DNA of 64,000 nt. Origin: an uncultured Actinomycetota bacterium (GTDB taxonomy: Bacteria > Actinomycetota > Humimicrobiia > Humimicrobiales > Humimicrobiaceae). Below are positions 56,051-64,000 of this stretch, piece by piece (the stretch's first letter is position 1; each line of letters opens with the position of its first letter). Below the pieces are notes generated by a model. It was given only the letters and a program-made list of their open reading frames with translations, made no database searches and was not told the origin of the DNA. The position numbers were made by a program, and so were the translations under genes. The stretch is from assembly GCA_964578625.1 (NCBI GenBank), contig CAZODQ010000001.1, positions 153,793 to 217,792 on the forward strand. Direction: 5' to 3'.

Positions 56051-57268
56051 CTATTCCTCTTTCCCAAAGAAATAATCTATCAGCTTATATCCTTCCTTAA
56101 AATACAGGCCTGTATTCATGGCCCTAAACTCATCGAATCTTTTATACTTCCCGCCGGCTGACTTTGTGCTGTCATAGATAAGAAACGGCACAGGTTCTGA
56201 TGTATGAGTCTTCTTCCTTATAGGAGTGTAGTGGTCGGGAAGTATCATCATCTTATAATCAACCTCTTCTTTATCCATATTTTCCTTTATGACTCCTATG
56301 ACTTCCCTGTCTATTATCTCTATTGCCTTCACCTTATTCTCCACATCTCCGTGATGGCTGCATTCATCTGCAGCTTCCAGGTGAATATATACGAAATCCT
56401 TTCCCCCTATAAGCTGGCTTACAGCGGCATCAGCCTTGCCGCTAAAATTGGTATCAATATTTCCGGTTGCACCTTCTACCGTGACCGGTTCGAGCCCGGC
56501 CAAAACACCGATGCCTCTTATAAGGTCTACGGCCGATATTATTGAACCCCTTAACTTATATTTTCCGTAGAAGCTGTCCAGATTGGGCTTTTTGCCTTCT
56601 CCCCATATCCATATCGAATTTGCAGGTCTCATGCCGTCTTTCACCCTTTTCCTATTTATAATATGATCTTCCAGCAGGGCAATGCTCTTTACTATCATTC
56701 CCAAAAGTATATTCTCGCCCGGACCCTTGGGCAAGAATTCGGCGATCTTCTTACCTGTTATGTCATGAGGCGGGGTCAGAATATTCCTGTCTGGACCGTC
56801 CTTCCATACTATTATATGCCTGTAACTTACTCCTGGGTAAAACCTGATACTCTCAGTCTGAAGCTTGTTTTTGATATCCCTGATAAGTATTCTGGACTTG
56901 TCGGTAGGGATCTCTCCCGCACTGTAGTCTATCATGACTCTATCTGTATAATCATATTCTTTAGATAATGTGACCAGATTGCACCTGAATGCTACATCCT
57001 TCTCCAGAAGATTAATGCCCATACTTGCAGCCTCAAGCGAAGCGCGGCCAGTATGATATTCTTTAGGGTCATACCCTAAGACTGACAGATTTGCAACATC
57101 GCTTCCGGGCGGCATTCCATCGGGAACAGTTTTGGCTGTCCCCATTTCGCTGTCTTTGGCAAGTCTGTCCAAAACCGGTGTTTTCGCATACTGCAGGGGA
57201 GTCTTATTTTTAAGTTTCCCTATCCTGTAATCCGCCATCCCGTCTATTATTATTACTATATATTTCAT
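56051..57268 (-). CDS. apgM: Cofactor-independent phosphoglycerate mutase ApgM family (possible homoserine phosphotransferase)
   Basis: IIDGMAD, KTPLQ.A.TP, PGSDVANLS, GRASLEA, PPHDI, SAVDLIRG, HLEAADECSH.G and PDHYTP...TH. Confidence 0.88.
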   Translation of the reverse strand: MKYIVIIIDGMADYRIGKLKNKTPLQYAKTPVLDRLAKDSEMGTAKTVPDGMPPGSDVANLSVLGYDPKEYHTGRASLEAASMGINLLEKDVAFRCNLVTLSKEYDYTDRVMIDYSAGEIPTDKSRILIRDIKNKLQTESIRFYPGVSYRHIIVWKDGPDRNILTPPHDITGKKIAEFLPKGPGENILLGMIVKSIALLEDHIINRKRVKDGMRPANSIWIWGEGKKPNLDSFYGKYKLRGSIISAVDLIRGIGVLAGLEPVTVEGATGNIDTNFSGKADAAVSQLIGGKDFVYIHLEAADECSHHGDVENKVKAIEIIDREVIGVIKENMDKEEVDYKMMILPDHYTPIRKKTHTSEPVPFLIYDSTKSAGGKYKRFDEFRAMNTGLYFKEGYKLIDYFFGKEE

Positions 57269-57283
57269 AGTTCGTACCTCAAA

Positions 57284-58774
57284 TTATAATCCAAGAATAT
57301 CAAATATTACATCTTTCATCTGACTGGCTTTGCATACAGTACTGTGAAGAATTTTTCTCTTTTCTATATCCTTTACTGCTTCAGGAATCCTCTTACCTGA
57401 AATGTCTGCCAGTGTCTTAAGAAGAGAGAACTCATCCATCCCGGCATATTTTTCATCTATGGCTCTGGTCACGCTTCCCGGAAACTTAAAGGGGCTTGCA
57501 GTAGAGACTATAACCGTTTTTGTCCTGTCCCCGCTTTCTTTGATATATTTCCGGTATACATCATATCCGACCGCAGTATGTGGATCTATAAGATAGTCGA
57601 GGTCGCTAAAGACATATTTTATGGTCTTAAAGGTCTCACTATCCGTGGCAAATTCTCCGTAGAAATCAGGCATTTTTTTCTTCGCATCAGCAGTTATCTT
57701 AAACTCTCCATTTTTGTTAAGGTCACTGATAAGATTGTTTACCATATCCGGGTTATTGCCTAAGATATCATAGAGCAGGCGCTCCAGGTTGCTTGAAACA
57801 AGAATATCCATTGAAGGCGAACTGGTTACCACAAGTTTCCTTTTCCTATTGTATACTCCCGTGTTTATAAAATGATAAAGTACATTGTTCTCATTAGAAG
57901 CACATATCAGCTTACCCACAGGCAGCCCCATTTTTTTTGCATAGTAAGCCGCAAGAATATTTCCGAAGTTGCCGGTAGGGACAACGATATTTATTTTCTC
58001 ATTTTCTCCTATTTTCCCGGATTTTATTAGATTACAATATGCGTACACATAATATACTATCTGGGGTATTAACCTTCCTACATTTATAGAATTTGCCGAA
58101 GAAAATCTGTATCCGCTGCTATTTAAAGTCTCACCTATTTTCCTATCGGAAAAGATCTCTTTTACTCCCCTCTGGGCATCGTCAAAGTTACCTTCAATAC
58201 CGACAGCATAAGTATTGTCTCCCACCTGTGTAGTCATATGTCTTTCCTGTATTATACTTACTCCATTCTCCGGGTAGAAAACGATTATTTTAGTACCCTT
58301 AACTCCGGCAAAGCCTTCCAGTGCTGCCTTACCCGTATCACCTGAAGTGGCAACAAGAATAACTATTTCTTTACCTATACCGTTCTTCCTTACTGCCGTC
58401 ATTAAAAGATGCGGCAGTATGGATAAGGCCAGATCCTTAAATGCCAGTGTCGGCCCATGAAAAAGCTCGAGGAAAAAGATACCATCTCTTTCTACCAGCG
58501 GTGCGATGAGGGGACTGTCAAATTTCTTATCATAAGCTTTACTGATGCAACTTTCGAGCTCTGTGGACGAAAAATCGGTGAGAAATTTACTCATTATATA
58601 AAAAGCAAGCTGGCCGTAATCCATCCTTGAAAGACTGCTCAGAGGCTGGTCAACCCGTGGGATGACCTCAGGGACAAAAAGACCTCCGTCCGAAGCAATA
58701 CCCTTTATAATTGCCTCAGAGGATGTCAGCCAGTTGTTAGTTCCTCTGGTACTTTTATAGAATAATTTTGACAT
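57284..58774 (-). CDS. thrC: Threonine synthase
   Basis: YKSTRG, G.ASDGGLFVP, LELFHGPTLAFKD, ATSGDTG, SANSINVGRL, VPTGNFGN and STASPFKF. Confidence 0.95.
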   Translation of the reverse strand: MSKLFYKSTRGTNNWLTSSEAIIKGIASDGGLFVPEVIPRVDQPLSSLSRMDYGQLAFYIMSKFLTDFSSTELESCISKAYDKKFDSPLIAPLVERDGIFFLELFHGPTLAFKDLALSILPHLLMTAVRKNGIGKEIVILVATSGDTGKAALEGFAGVKGTKIIVFYPENGVSIIQERHMTTQVGDNTYAVGIEGNFDDAQRGVKEIFSDRKIGETLNSSGYRFSSANSINVGRLIPQIVYYVYAYCNLIKSGKIGENEKINIVVPTGNFGNILAAYYAKKMGLPVGKLICASNENNVLYHFINTGVYNRKRKLVVTSSPSMDILVSSNLERLLYDILGNNPDMVNNLISDLNKNGEFKITADAKKKMPDFYGEFATDSETFKTIKYVFSDLDYLIDPHTAVGYDVYRKYIKESGDRTKTVIVSTASPFKFPGSVTRAIDEKYAGMDEFSLLKTLADISGKRIPEAVKDIEKRKILHSTVCKASQMKDVIFDILGL

Positions 58775-58779
58775 TGCAG

Positions 58780-60108
58780 TTAATCTAGATCTTCCACCCT
58801 GATCACACTTAAGACCTTATTTACAACTCCAAGTTTTGATATCTCACTTATTGATTTATATAAATTCTTATTGGCTACTTTATGGGTGATGAATATGAGC
58901 CTGGCTCCTTTTTTCCTGTCTGCCTGTTTCTGGATCATCGAATTGATACTTACCATATTTTTGCCGAACACCTCTGCTATACTGGCCAGGACTCCCGGCT
59001 TGTCTGCTACATCCATAAGTATATAGAATTTGCTTATGGTATCATCTATGGATATGAACTTTTTATCCTCAAAACAGGTGCAGCCGTAGATTACCCCCTT
59101 CTTTTCACGGTCAAAGTTCCTGGCGATTTTTATAATATCTCCTACTACCGAGCTTGCCGTGGGTCTGTCTCCGGCACCCCTTCCGTAGCTCATTATCTCA
59201 TCAATATAGTTGCCGTAGACATAGACCGCATTGAATGTATCATCGATCGAGGCAAGTATATGACTTGTGGGTATCAGGGCGGGATGGACTCTTGCACTTA
59301 TTTTCCCGTCTTCTTCGATCCCTATGGCCAGCAGCTTGATTCTATAACCCATATCCAGTGCATTACTTATATCGACAGATGAGATACCTGATATCCCTTC
59401 CTTGTATACGTCGTTTTGTGTAACCCTTGAGTTAAAAGCAATAGAGCTCAAGATGGCGAGTTTGCATGCTGCATCATAACCCTCGATATCCGCCGACGGG
59501 TTCGTCTTCTCCGCATATCCAAGCTTCTGGGCTTTTGCCAGTGCATCATCAAATGACAGATTGGCCTTTTCCATTTGAGTAAGAATATAATTTGTGGTTC
59601 CGTTGACTATCCCTACGATCTTGCTTATATTATTTGAAGCAAGAGAAGATTTCAGCGGCCCTATAATAGGTATTCCGCCGCCGACACTTGCTTCAAAAAG
59701 TATATCTACATTGTTCTTTTCCGCTGCCGCAAGCAGGCTCCCGCCCTTATTGGCGATAAGGTCCTTGTTGGCAGTCACTACATATTTTCCGGAACTCAGC
59801 GCCCTCAGGATATAATCATATGCAGGGTCTATACCGCCGATTAGTTCAACAACTATATCTATATCTTTATCTTTTAGGATATCATCGGCACTGCTGCTTA
59901 CTTCTATACCTCCGGCTTTCTTTATGGGAGAAGCCTCTATCTTTTTTAAATCTTTTTCTGCGATCCTTTTAATATTAAGATTCTTCTTTATCTTTTTGGC
60001 AATATAGCTTTTTTGCTGCTGTATAAGGGAAAAAACACCGCTGGCAATATAACCGAAACCAATTATTCCGATATTTATGTCTTGAATGTTTTTATTTTCA
60101 ATCTTCAT
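58780..60108 (-). CDS. hom: Homoserine dehydrogenase with C-terminal ACT domain
   Basis: IGFGYIASG, VELIGG, VVTANK, FEASVGGGIP, NGTTNYIL, DIEGYDAA.K, GRGAG..PTASSV and DKPGVLA. The start may extend to 60126. Confidence 0.94.
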   Translation of the reverse strand: MKIENKNIQDINIGIIGFGYIASGVFSLIQQQKSYIAKKIKKNLNIKRIAEKDLKKIEASPIKKAGGIEVSSSADDILKDKDIDIVVELIGGIDPAYDYILRALSSGKYVVTANKDLIANKGGSLLAAAEKNNVDILFEASVGGGIPIIGPLKSSLASNNISKIVGIVNGTTNYILTQMEKANLSFDDALAKAQKLGYAEKTNPSADIEGYDAACKLAILSSIAFNSRVTQNDVYKEGISGISSVDISNALDMGYRIKLLAIGIEEDGKISARVHPALIPTSHILASIDDTFNAVYVYGNYIDEIMSYGRGAGDRPTASSVVGDIIKIARNFDREKKGVIYGCTCFEDKKFISIDDTISKFYILMDVADKPGVLASIAEVFGKNMVSINSMIQKQADRKKGARLIFITHKVANKNLYKSISEISKLGVVNKVLSVIRVEDLD

Positions 60109-61423
60109 ATAATTTAACATCTCCAATCACTAAATCTTTATAAGTCTGCCTTTTTATCCACATCCAGCTCTTTCCGTTTTCAACTGCTACCACTGCACTT
60201 TTTAGCTGACTGTTGTAATTATTTGACATAGAATAACCGTAAGCCCCGGTGGTTGCTACCGCTATAAAATCACCGCTTGATACCGGCGGCAACTTTATAT
60301 GGTCTATTATCACATCCCCGCTCTCACAGTGCTTGCCAGCTATGGAATAATATTTCATCTTACTTTGTTCGGTACTGCCGGCATCATTCATCCTGTTTGC
60401 CAGGTAGGCATTATATTTAGCCTGATAGAGCATTGGCCTTATATTATCAGACATGCCTCCGTCTATAAAAATATAGTCTTTTACTTTTTTTATTTCTTTG
60501 ATCCCTCCGACTTCATACAGCGTCACACCTGCATTCCCGACAATGGACCTTCCCGGTTCCAGATATATCTTATCCAGTTTTACTCCAAACTTCTTCTGGT
60601 ATTTTTTGACTGCATCATAAACTACTCCAGCCAGATCCTTTATACCGGGCGCTCTATCTTCCGGGATATAATTTACCCCCAGCCCTCCGCCTATATCTAT
60701 ACTGGTGACTGATACTCCTGATCTCTCTCTTACTTCCTTTATGAACTTTAACATGATCTCTATTAACTTGTCATAACACGACAGGTTGAATATCTGTGAC
60801 CCTATATGGGCGTGAATCCCTATTAGCTGGAGCTGGCTGCTGCTTATATTTTTTACCGCCTCCAGGGCTGCATCACCTTCCAGGCCAAATCCGAATTTTG
60901 ACTCTATTGACCCGGTCTGTATATATTCATGGGTACTGACCTTGATCCCGGGATTGACCCTCAACATGATCTTTTGCGTTATATTGTTTTTCCTGCATAA
61001 CTCTTCAAGTGTCTCAAGCTCCATTTGGTTGTCCACCATAAAGAAGCCTGCTTTACTCTCAAGCCCGTATTCGATCTCCTTGCGGGATTTATTATTGCCG
61101 TGAAAATATATCCTTTCGGCAGGAAAACCGCTGTTTATTGCGGTGAAAAGTTCTCCTCCCGTTGATACATCCAGACCCAATCCTAATCTATCCATAAGCT
61201 GGCACATGGCTGTGCATATAAATGCCTTACCAGCGTAAATTATCCCTACTTCCAGATCGGGAAAATTAAAACTTTCCCTGTAGCCCTTACACTGGTCTTT
61301 AATTGTGGCAATATCAAAAATATATAACGGAGTACCGTATTTTTCTTTTAACTTGAGGACATCGACTCCACCTATGACCAGGTGCCCTTCTTCGTTGACC
61401 TCTGAAGTGATCGGTAGAAGCAC
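60098..61423 (-). CDS. lysA: Diaminopimelate decarboxylase
   Basis: YGTPLY, YAGKAF, DVSTGGEL, HGNNKS, HIGSQI, EPGRSIV, DGGMSDNIRP, GKHCESGD and TGAYGYSM. Confidence 0.95.
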   Translation of the reverse strand: MLLPITSEVNEEGHLVIGGVDVLKLKEKYGTPLYIFDIATIKDQCKGYRESFNFPDLEVGIIYAGKAFICTAMCQLMDRLGLGLDVSTGGELFTAINSGFPAERIYFHGNNKSRKEIEYGLESKAGFFMVDNQMELETLEELCRKNNITQKIMLRVNPGIKVSTHEYIQTGSIESKFGFGLEGDAALEAVKNISSSQLQLIGIHAHIGSQIFNLSCYDKLIEIMLKFIKEVRERSGVSVTSIDIGGGLGVNYIPEDRAPGIKDLAGVVYDAVKKYQKKFGVKLDKIYLEPGRSIVGNAGVTLYEVGGIKEIKKVKDYIFIDGGMSDNIRPMLYQAKYNAYLANRMNDAGSTEQSKMKYYSIAGKHCESGDVIIDHIKLPPVSSGDFIAVATTGAYGYSMSNNYNSQLKSAVVAVENGKSWMWIKRQTYKDLVIGDVKLYED

Positions 61424-61502
61424 TTTCTATCCTTCCTCTATATATAAAATCTAACTATTTAAATCAGATTATATGATTAATCAAATATTAATCCAGACTT
61501 TT

Positions 61503-63197
61503 TTACATCTTTTCAGGAGCACTGACACTAAGAAGCTTTAAAGCATTTCTTAGCACACTTTTTACCAGCAGGATCAAAACAAACCTGTCAAGGTCCACCA
61601 CTGCTTCGTCCTTCTCCCCATTTATTACCCTATAATTATTATAAAAATAATGAAACTCCGATGCCAGCCTGTACAGGTACTGCGTTATAAGATGCGGAGC
61701 ATTACTTCTGCAGCTGTTATATACCACATCCGAATAAAGGATCATCGTCTTTGCCAGCTGCTTCTCATATTCATTTTTAAACTTTAGTTTTGATGTATCT
61801 GCCTCACCAAGATCATATTTATCTATATCCAGATTACCGGGACTGCTTTCCCTTATATTTTTAATAATACTTTCGATCCTTGCATGTGCATACTGTACAT
61901 AATAGACAGGGTTCTGGTTTGATTTCTGCCTGGCAAGATCCACATCGAATTCCATCGGTGTATCAAAAGAATTCATGCTGAAAAAATATCTCACCGCATC
62001 TTTACCTACCTCTTCTATCAGATCCCTCAAGTGATAAAGCATGCCTTTTCTCCTGGACATCTTAAGTGTCCTGCCCCTGTCCGTTAACTTTACCATCTGC
62101 CCTATTATCACCGTCATTCTGTCATCTTCCAGTTCAAATACTTTTCCGATAGCTCTCAACCTGTCAACATAACCGTGGTGGTCCGCACCTAAAATATAAA
62201 ATAACCTGTCATATCCCCTCTTTATCTTATCCATCATATATAGTATATCGGAAGCAAAGTAAGTGGGGTTCCCGTCTTTTCTTACCAGCACTCTGTCCTT
62301 ATCATCCACATACATTGAAGCCTTAAACCATAATGCTCCGTCCTTGGTGTAAATTGCATCCTTTTTTTTTAAATCAGTCAACAGCTTTTTAAAGTTTGAA
62401 TCTTTATAGAGACAGCTTTCATAAAACCACCGGTCATACTCCACACCCATTAAAGCCAAAGTCTCGCCGATATAAGATACCATTATCCTTATGATTTCTT
62501 CTTTAAAAGGTCCTGCATCTACATCTTTTTTCCCGTCTTTTATGACTATGAATCTGTCATCATATTTACTGATCAATCTTTCAACCGCCAGGGATACTAC
62601 TTCCTCAGGATATCCGTCTTCGGGATATTCCGTATCCCTTTTAAAATGCCTTAAATAGAGACACTTTGCGCAATCGCTGAATTTTTCAGCCTGACTCCCG
62701 TAATCATTGACATAATATTCCCTGAACACTTTATAACCGTTTGCGGTATAAATATTTGCCAGGCTGTCTCCCAATGCACCCCACCTGCCGTGGCCTATAT
62801 GAAGATCACCCGTCGGATTGGAACTAACATATTCAAACTGGACACTTTCTCCCTTGCCGCTTGTATTAGACCCGAATTTTTCAACTTTTGCTATAATTTC
62901 CTTCAGGGCCTTCTTTATGAATTCTTCCTTTAAATTGAAATTAATGAATCCCGGCTTCACTATATTTATATCTTCTACCTGGCTCCACCCGGAGATCTCC
63001 TCTGCTTTTATTTTTTCAGCAATATCCATAGGATTTTTTTTCAGTACCGGCGCCAGTATCATGGCAGCATTCGTTGACAGTTCTCCAAATTTTTTATTTT
63101 TTGGCTCTTCAACAGCCAGATTGTTAAGATCTGCCTTGACTACCTTTAACCTGCTTACATAGTCATATAACTTTTTTTTCAGTTCATTTATTACCAA
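61503..63197 (-). CDS. argS: Arginine--tRNA ligase
   Basis: PGFINF, EYVSSNPTG.LHIGH (HIGH motif), GADHHGY, KMSRR and YYVQYAHAR. Start corrected to TTG at 63197 (after AAAGGA) because the ORF-track start lies inside the tRNA. Confidence 0.95.
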   Translation of the reverse strand: MVINELKKKLYDYVSRLKVVKADLNNLAVEEPKNKKFGELSTNAAMILAPVLKKNPMDIAEKIKAEEISGWSQVEDINIVKPGFINFNLKEEFIKKALKEIIAKVEKFGSNTSGKGESVQFEYVSSNPTGDLHIGHGRWGALGDSLANIYTANGYKVFREYYVNDYGSQAEKFSDCAKCLYLRHFKRDTEYPEDGYPEEVVSLAVERLISKYDDRFIVIKDGKKDVDAGPFKEEIIRIMVSYIGETLALMGVEYDRWFYESCLYKDSNFKKLLTDLKKKDAIYTKDGALWFKASMYVDDKDRVLVRKDGNPTYFASDILYMMDKIKRGYDRLFYILGADHHGYVDRLRAIGKVFELEDDRMTVIIGQMVKLTDRGRTLKMSRRKGMLYHLRDLIEEVGKDAVRYFFSMNSFDTPMEFDVDLARQKSNQNPVYYVQYAHARIESIIKNIRESSPGNLDIDKYDLGEADTSKLKFKNEYEKQLAKTMILYSDVVYNSCRSNAPHLITQYLYRLASEFHYFYNNYRVINGEKDEAVVDLDRFVLILLVKSVLRNALKLLSVSAPEKM

Positions 63198-63212
63198 TAA
63201 TTTTCCTTTCGT

Positions 63213-63288
63213 TGGAGCCGACGACCGGACTTGAACCGGTAACCTGCTCATTACGAATGAGCTGCTCTACCAGTTGAGCTACATCGGC
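63213..63288 (-). tRNA. tRNA-Thr (CGT)
   Basis: GCCGATGTAGCTCAACTGGTAGAGCAGCTCATTCGTAATGAGCAGGTTACCGGTTCAAGTCCGGTCGTCGGCTCCA: 76 nt, anticodon arm GCTCA-TTCGTAA-TGAGC, GTTCAA T-loop and encoded CCA. Confidence 0.96.
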
Positions 63289-63311
63289 TGGTCAATTGAA
63301 AATACAGCAGC

Positions 63312-64000
63312 TTAAATCTCCTTGGTTTTATCCTCACTGCTGTCTGCTTCTTTGGCAGCACTGCCGGTGTCCTGCTTTACTTCAACCCGTTCCTTTGTGA
63401 TCTCGACTTCCGAAAGCGGGATGGATTTCCTGATATTACTGTCAAATTCCACAATTACAGACTGCTTTAAGGGTTCGTAACCACAGACTCCGCCGCAGCC
63501 GCAACTGCATTTGACCTTTATGCCTATTTCCGGCGCCTTATCAATAAAGTTTTTATATGAATCATACTCATACTTCAGGCAGCACATTAGTCTCCCGCAT
63601 ATTCCGGATATTTTAAAAGGATTCAATGGGAGATTCTGGTCCTTGGCCATTTTTATTGAAATGGATTCAAAATCCGTTAAAAAACTTTTACAGCATAAAT
63701 TCATCCCGCACGGGCCCAATCCCCCCACCATTTTTGCCTCATCTCTTACTCCTATCTGTCTGAGCTCTATCCTGATTTTAAAATATGTGGCAAGCTCCTT
63801 TACCATTTCCCTGAAATCCACTCTTTTTTCCGAGGTAAAGTAGAATATCATCTTACTTTTATCAAACATCACATGTACATTTACCAGCTTCATTTTAAGT
63901 TTATATTTTTTGGCAAGCTGATTAAACTTTTTGAATCCCTTTTCTTCCTTTCTTATGTTTAACTCATCAACCGATAGGTCATAATATGTAGCTTTTCTTA
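63312..64000 (-). CDS. ricT: PSP1/RicT (YaaT) family protein (5'-partial)
   Basis: FYFTSEKRVDFRE, RIELRQIGVRDEA, GPCG..LCC, SIKMAKDQ and SGICGRLMCCLKYE; the frame stays open to the right edge. Confidence 0.9.
   Translation of the reverse strand, partial: RKATYYDLSVDELNIRKEEKGFKKFNQLAKKYKLKMKLVNVHVMFDKSKMIFYFTSEKRVDFREMVKELATYFKIRIELRQIGVRDEAKMVGGLGPCGMNLCCKSFLTDFESISIKMAKDQNLPLNPFKISGICGRLMCCLKYEYDSYKNFIDKAPEIGIKVKCSCGCGGVCGYEPLKQSVIVEFDSNIRKSIPLSEVEITKERVEVKQDTGSAAKEADSSEDKTKEI

Noticed and set aside
63213-63288. tRNA-Thr as an integration site for a mobile element
   Set aside because: It is flanked directly by core genes, I saw no duplicated tRNA 3' end, and there is no integrase in the window.

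Overview
AT-rich bacterial chromosomal window with most genes on the minus strand. The gene order argS-lysA-hom-thrC, plus GerMN, LCP and RicT/PSP1 proteins, suggests a monoderm, possibly a deep-branching low-GC Actinomycetota; this is inference. From left to right: (1) 1-18.4 kb, a very AT-rich surface-glycan locus with Wzm/Wzt export, four SAM-dependent enzymes (including a CmoA-like protein and a B12 radical-SAM enzyme), a NeuB-family synthase, a CBS-fused nucleotide-sugar dehydrogenase, an O-antigen-ligase-like protein, a Wzz-like protein, GT2/GT4, YfhO and fcl. (2) 18.8-39.7 kb, cell-wall and envelope genes: an internally duplicated amidase/glucosaminidase autolysin, two GerMN proteins, rfbB/rfbC/ugd, a CapD-like dehydratase, a phosphoglycosyl transferase, an LCP protein, murA and a vapBC toxin-antitoxin pair. 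(3) 39.9-53.8 kb, dCMP deaminase, an oppositely oriented tsaC-rpiB-glyA block, a nine-gene probably Na+-coupled V/A-type ATPase, sppA and a GNAT. (4) 54.0-56.0 kb, an AT-rich two-gene insert. (5) 56-64 kb, apgM-like/thrC/hom/lysA/argS, tRNA-Thr(CGT) and a partial ricT. The strongest candidate for an undescribed system is the insert. It encodes a LexA-type winged-helix protein lacking the S24 peptidase domain, overlapping a proteasome-beta/HslV-like Ntn hydrolase with an N-terminal Ser. Its consensus TTGACA-N16-TATAAT promoter has a spacer filled by the palindrome ACCTGA-N6-TCAGGT. All calls come from motif recognition by eye; no database searches were run.
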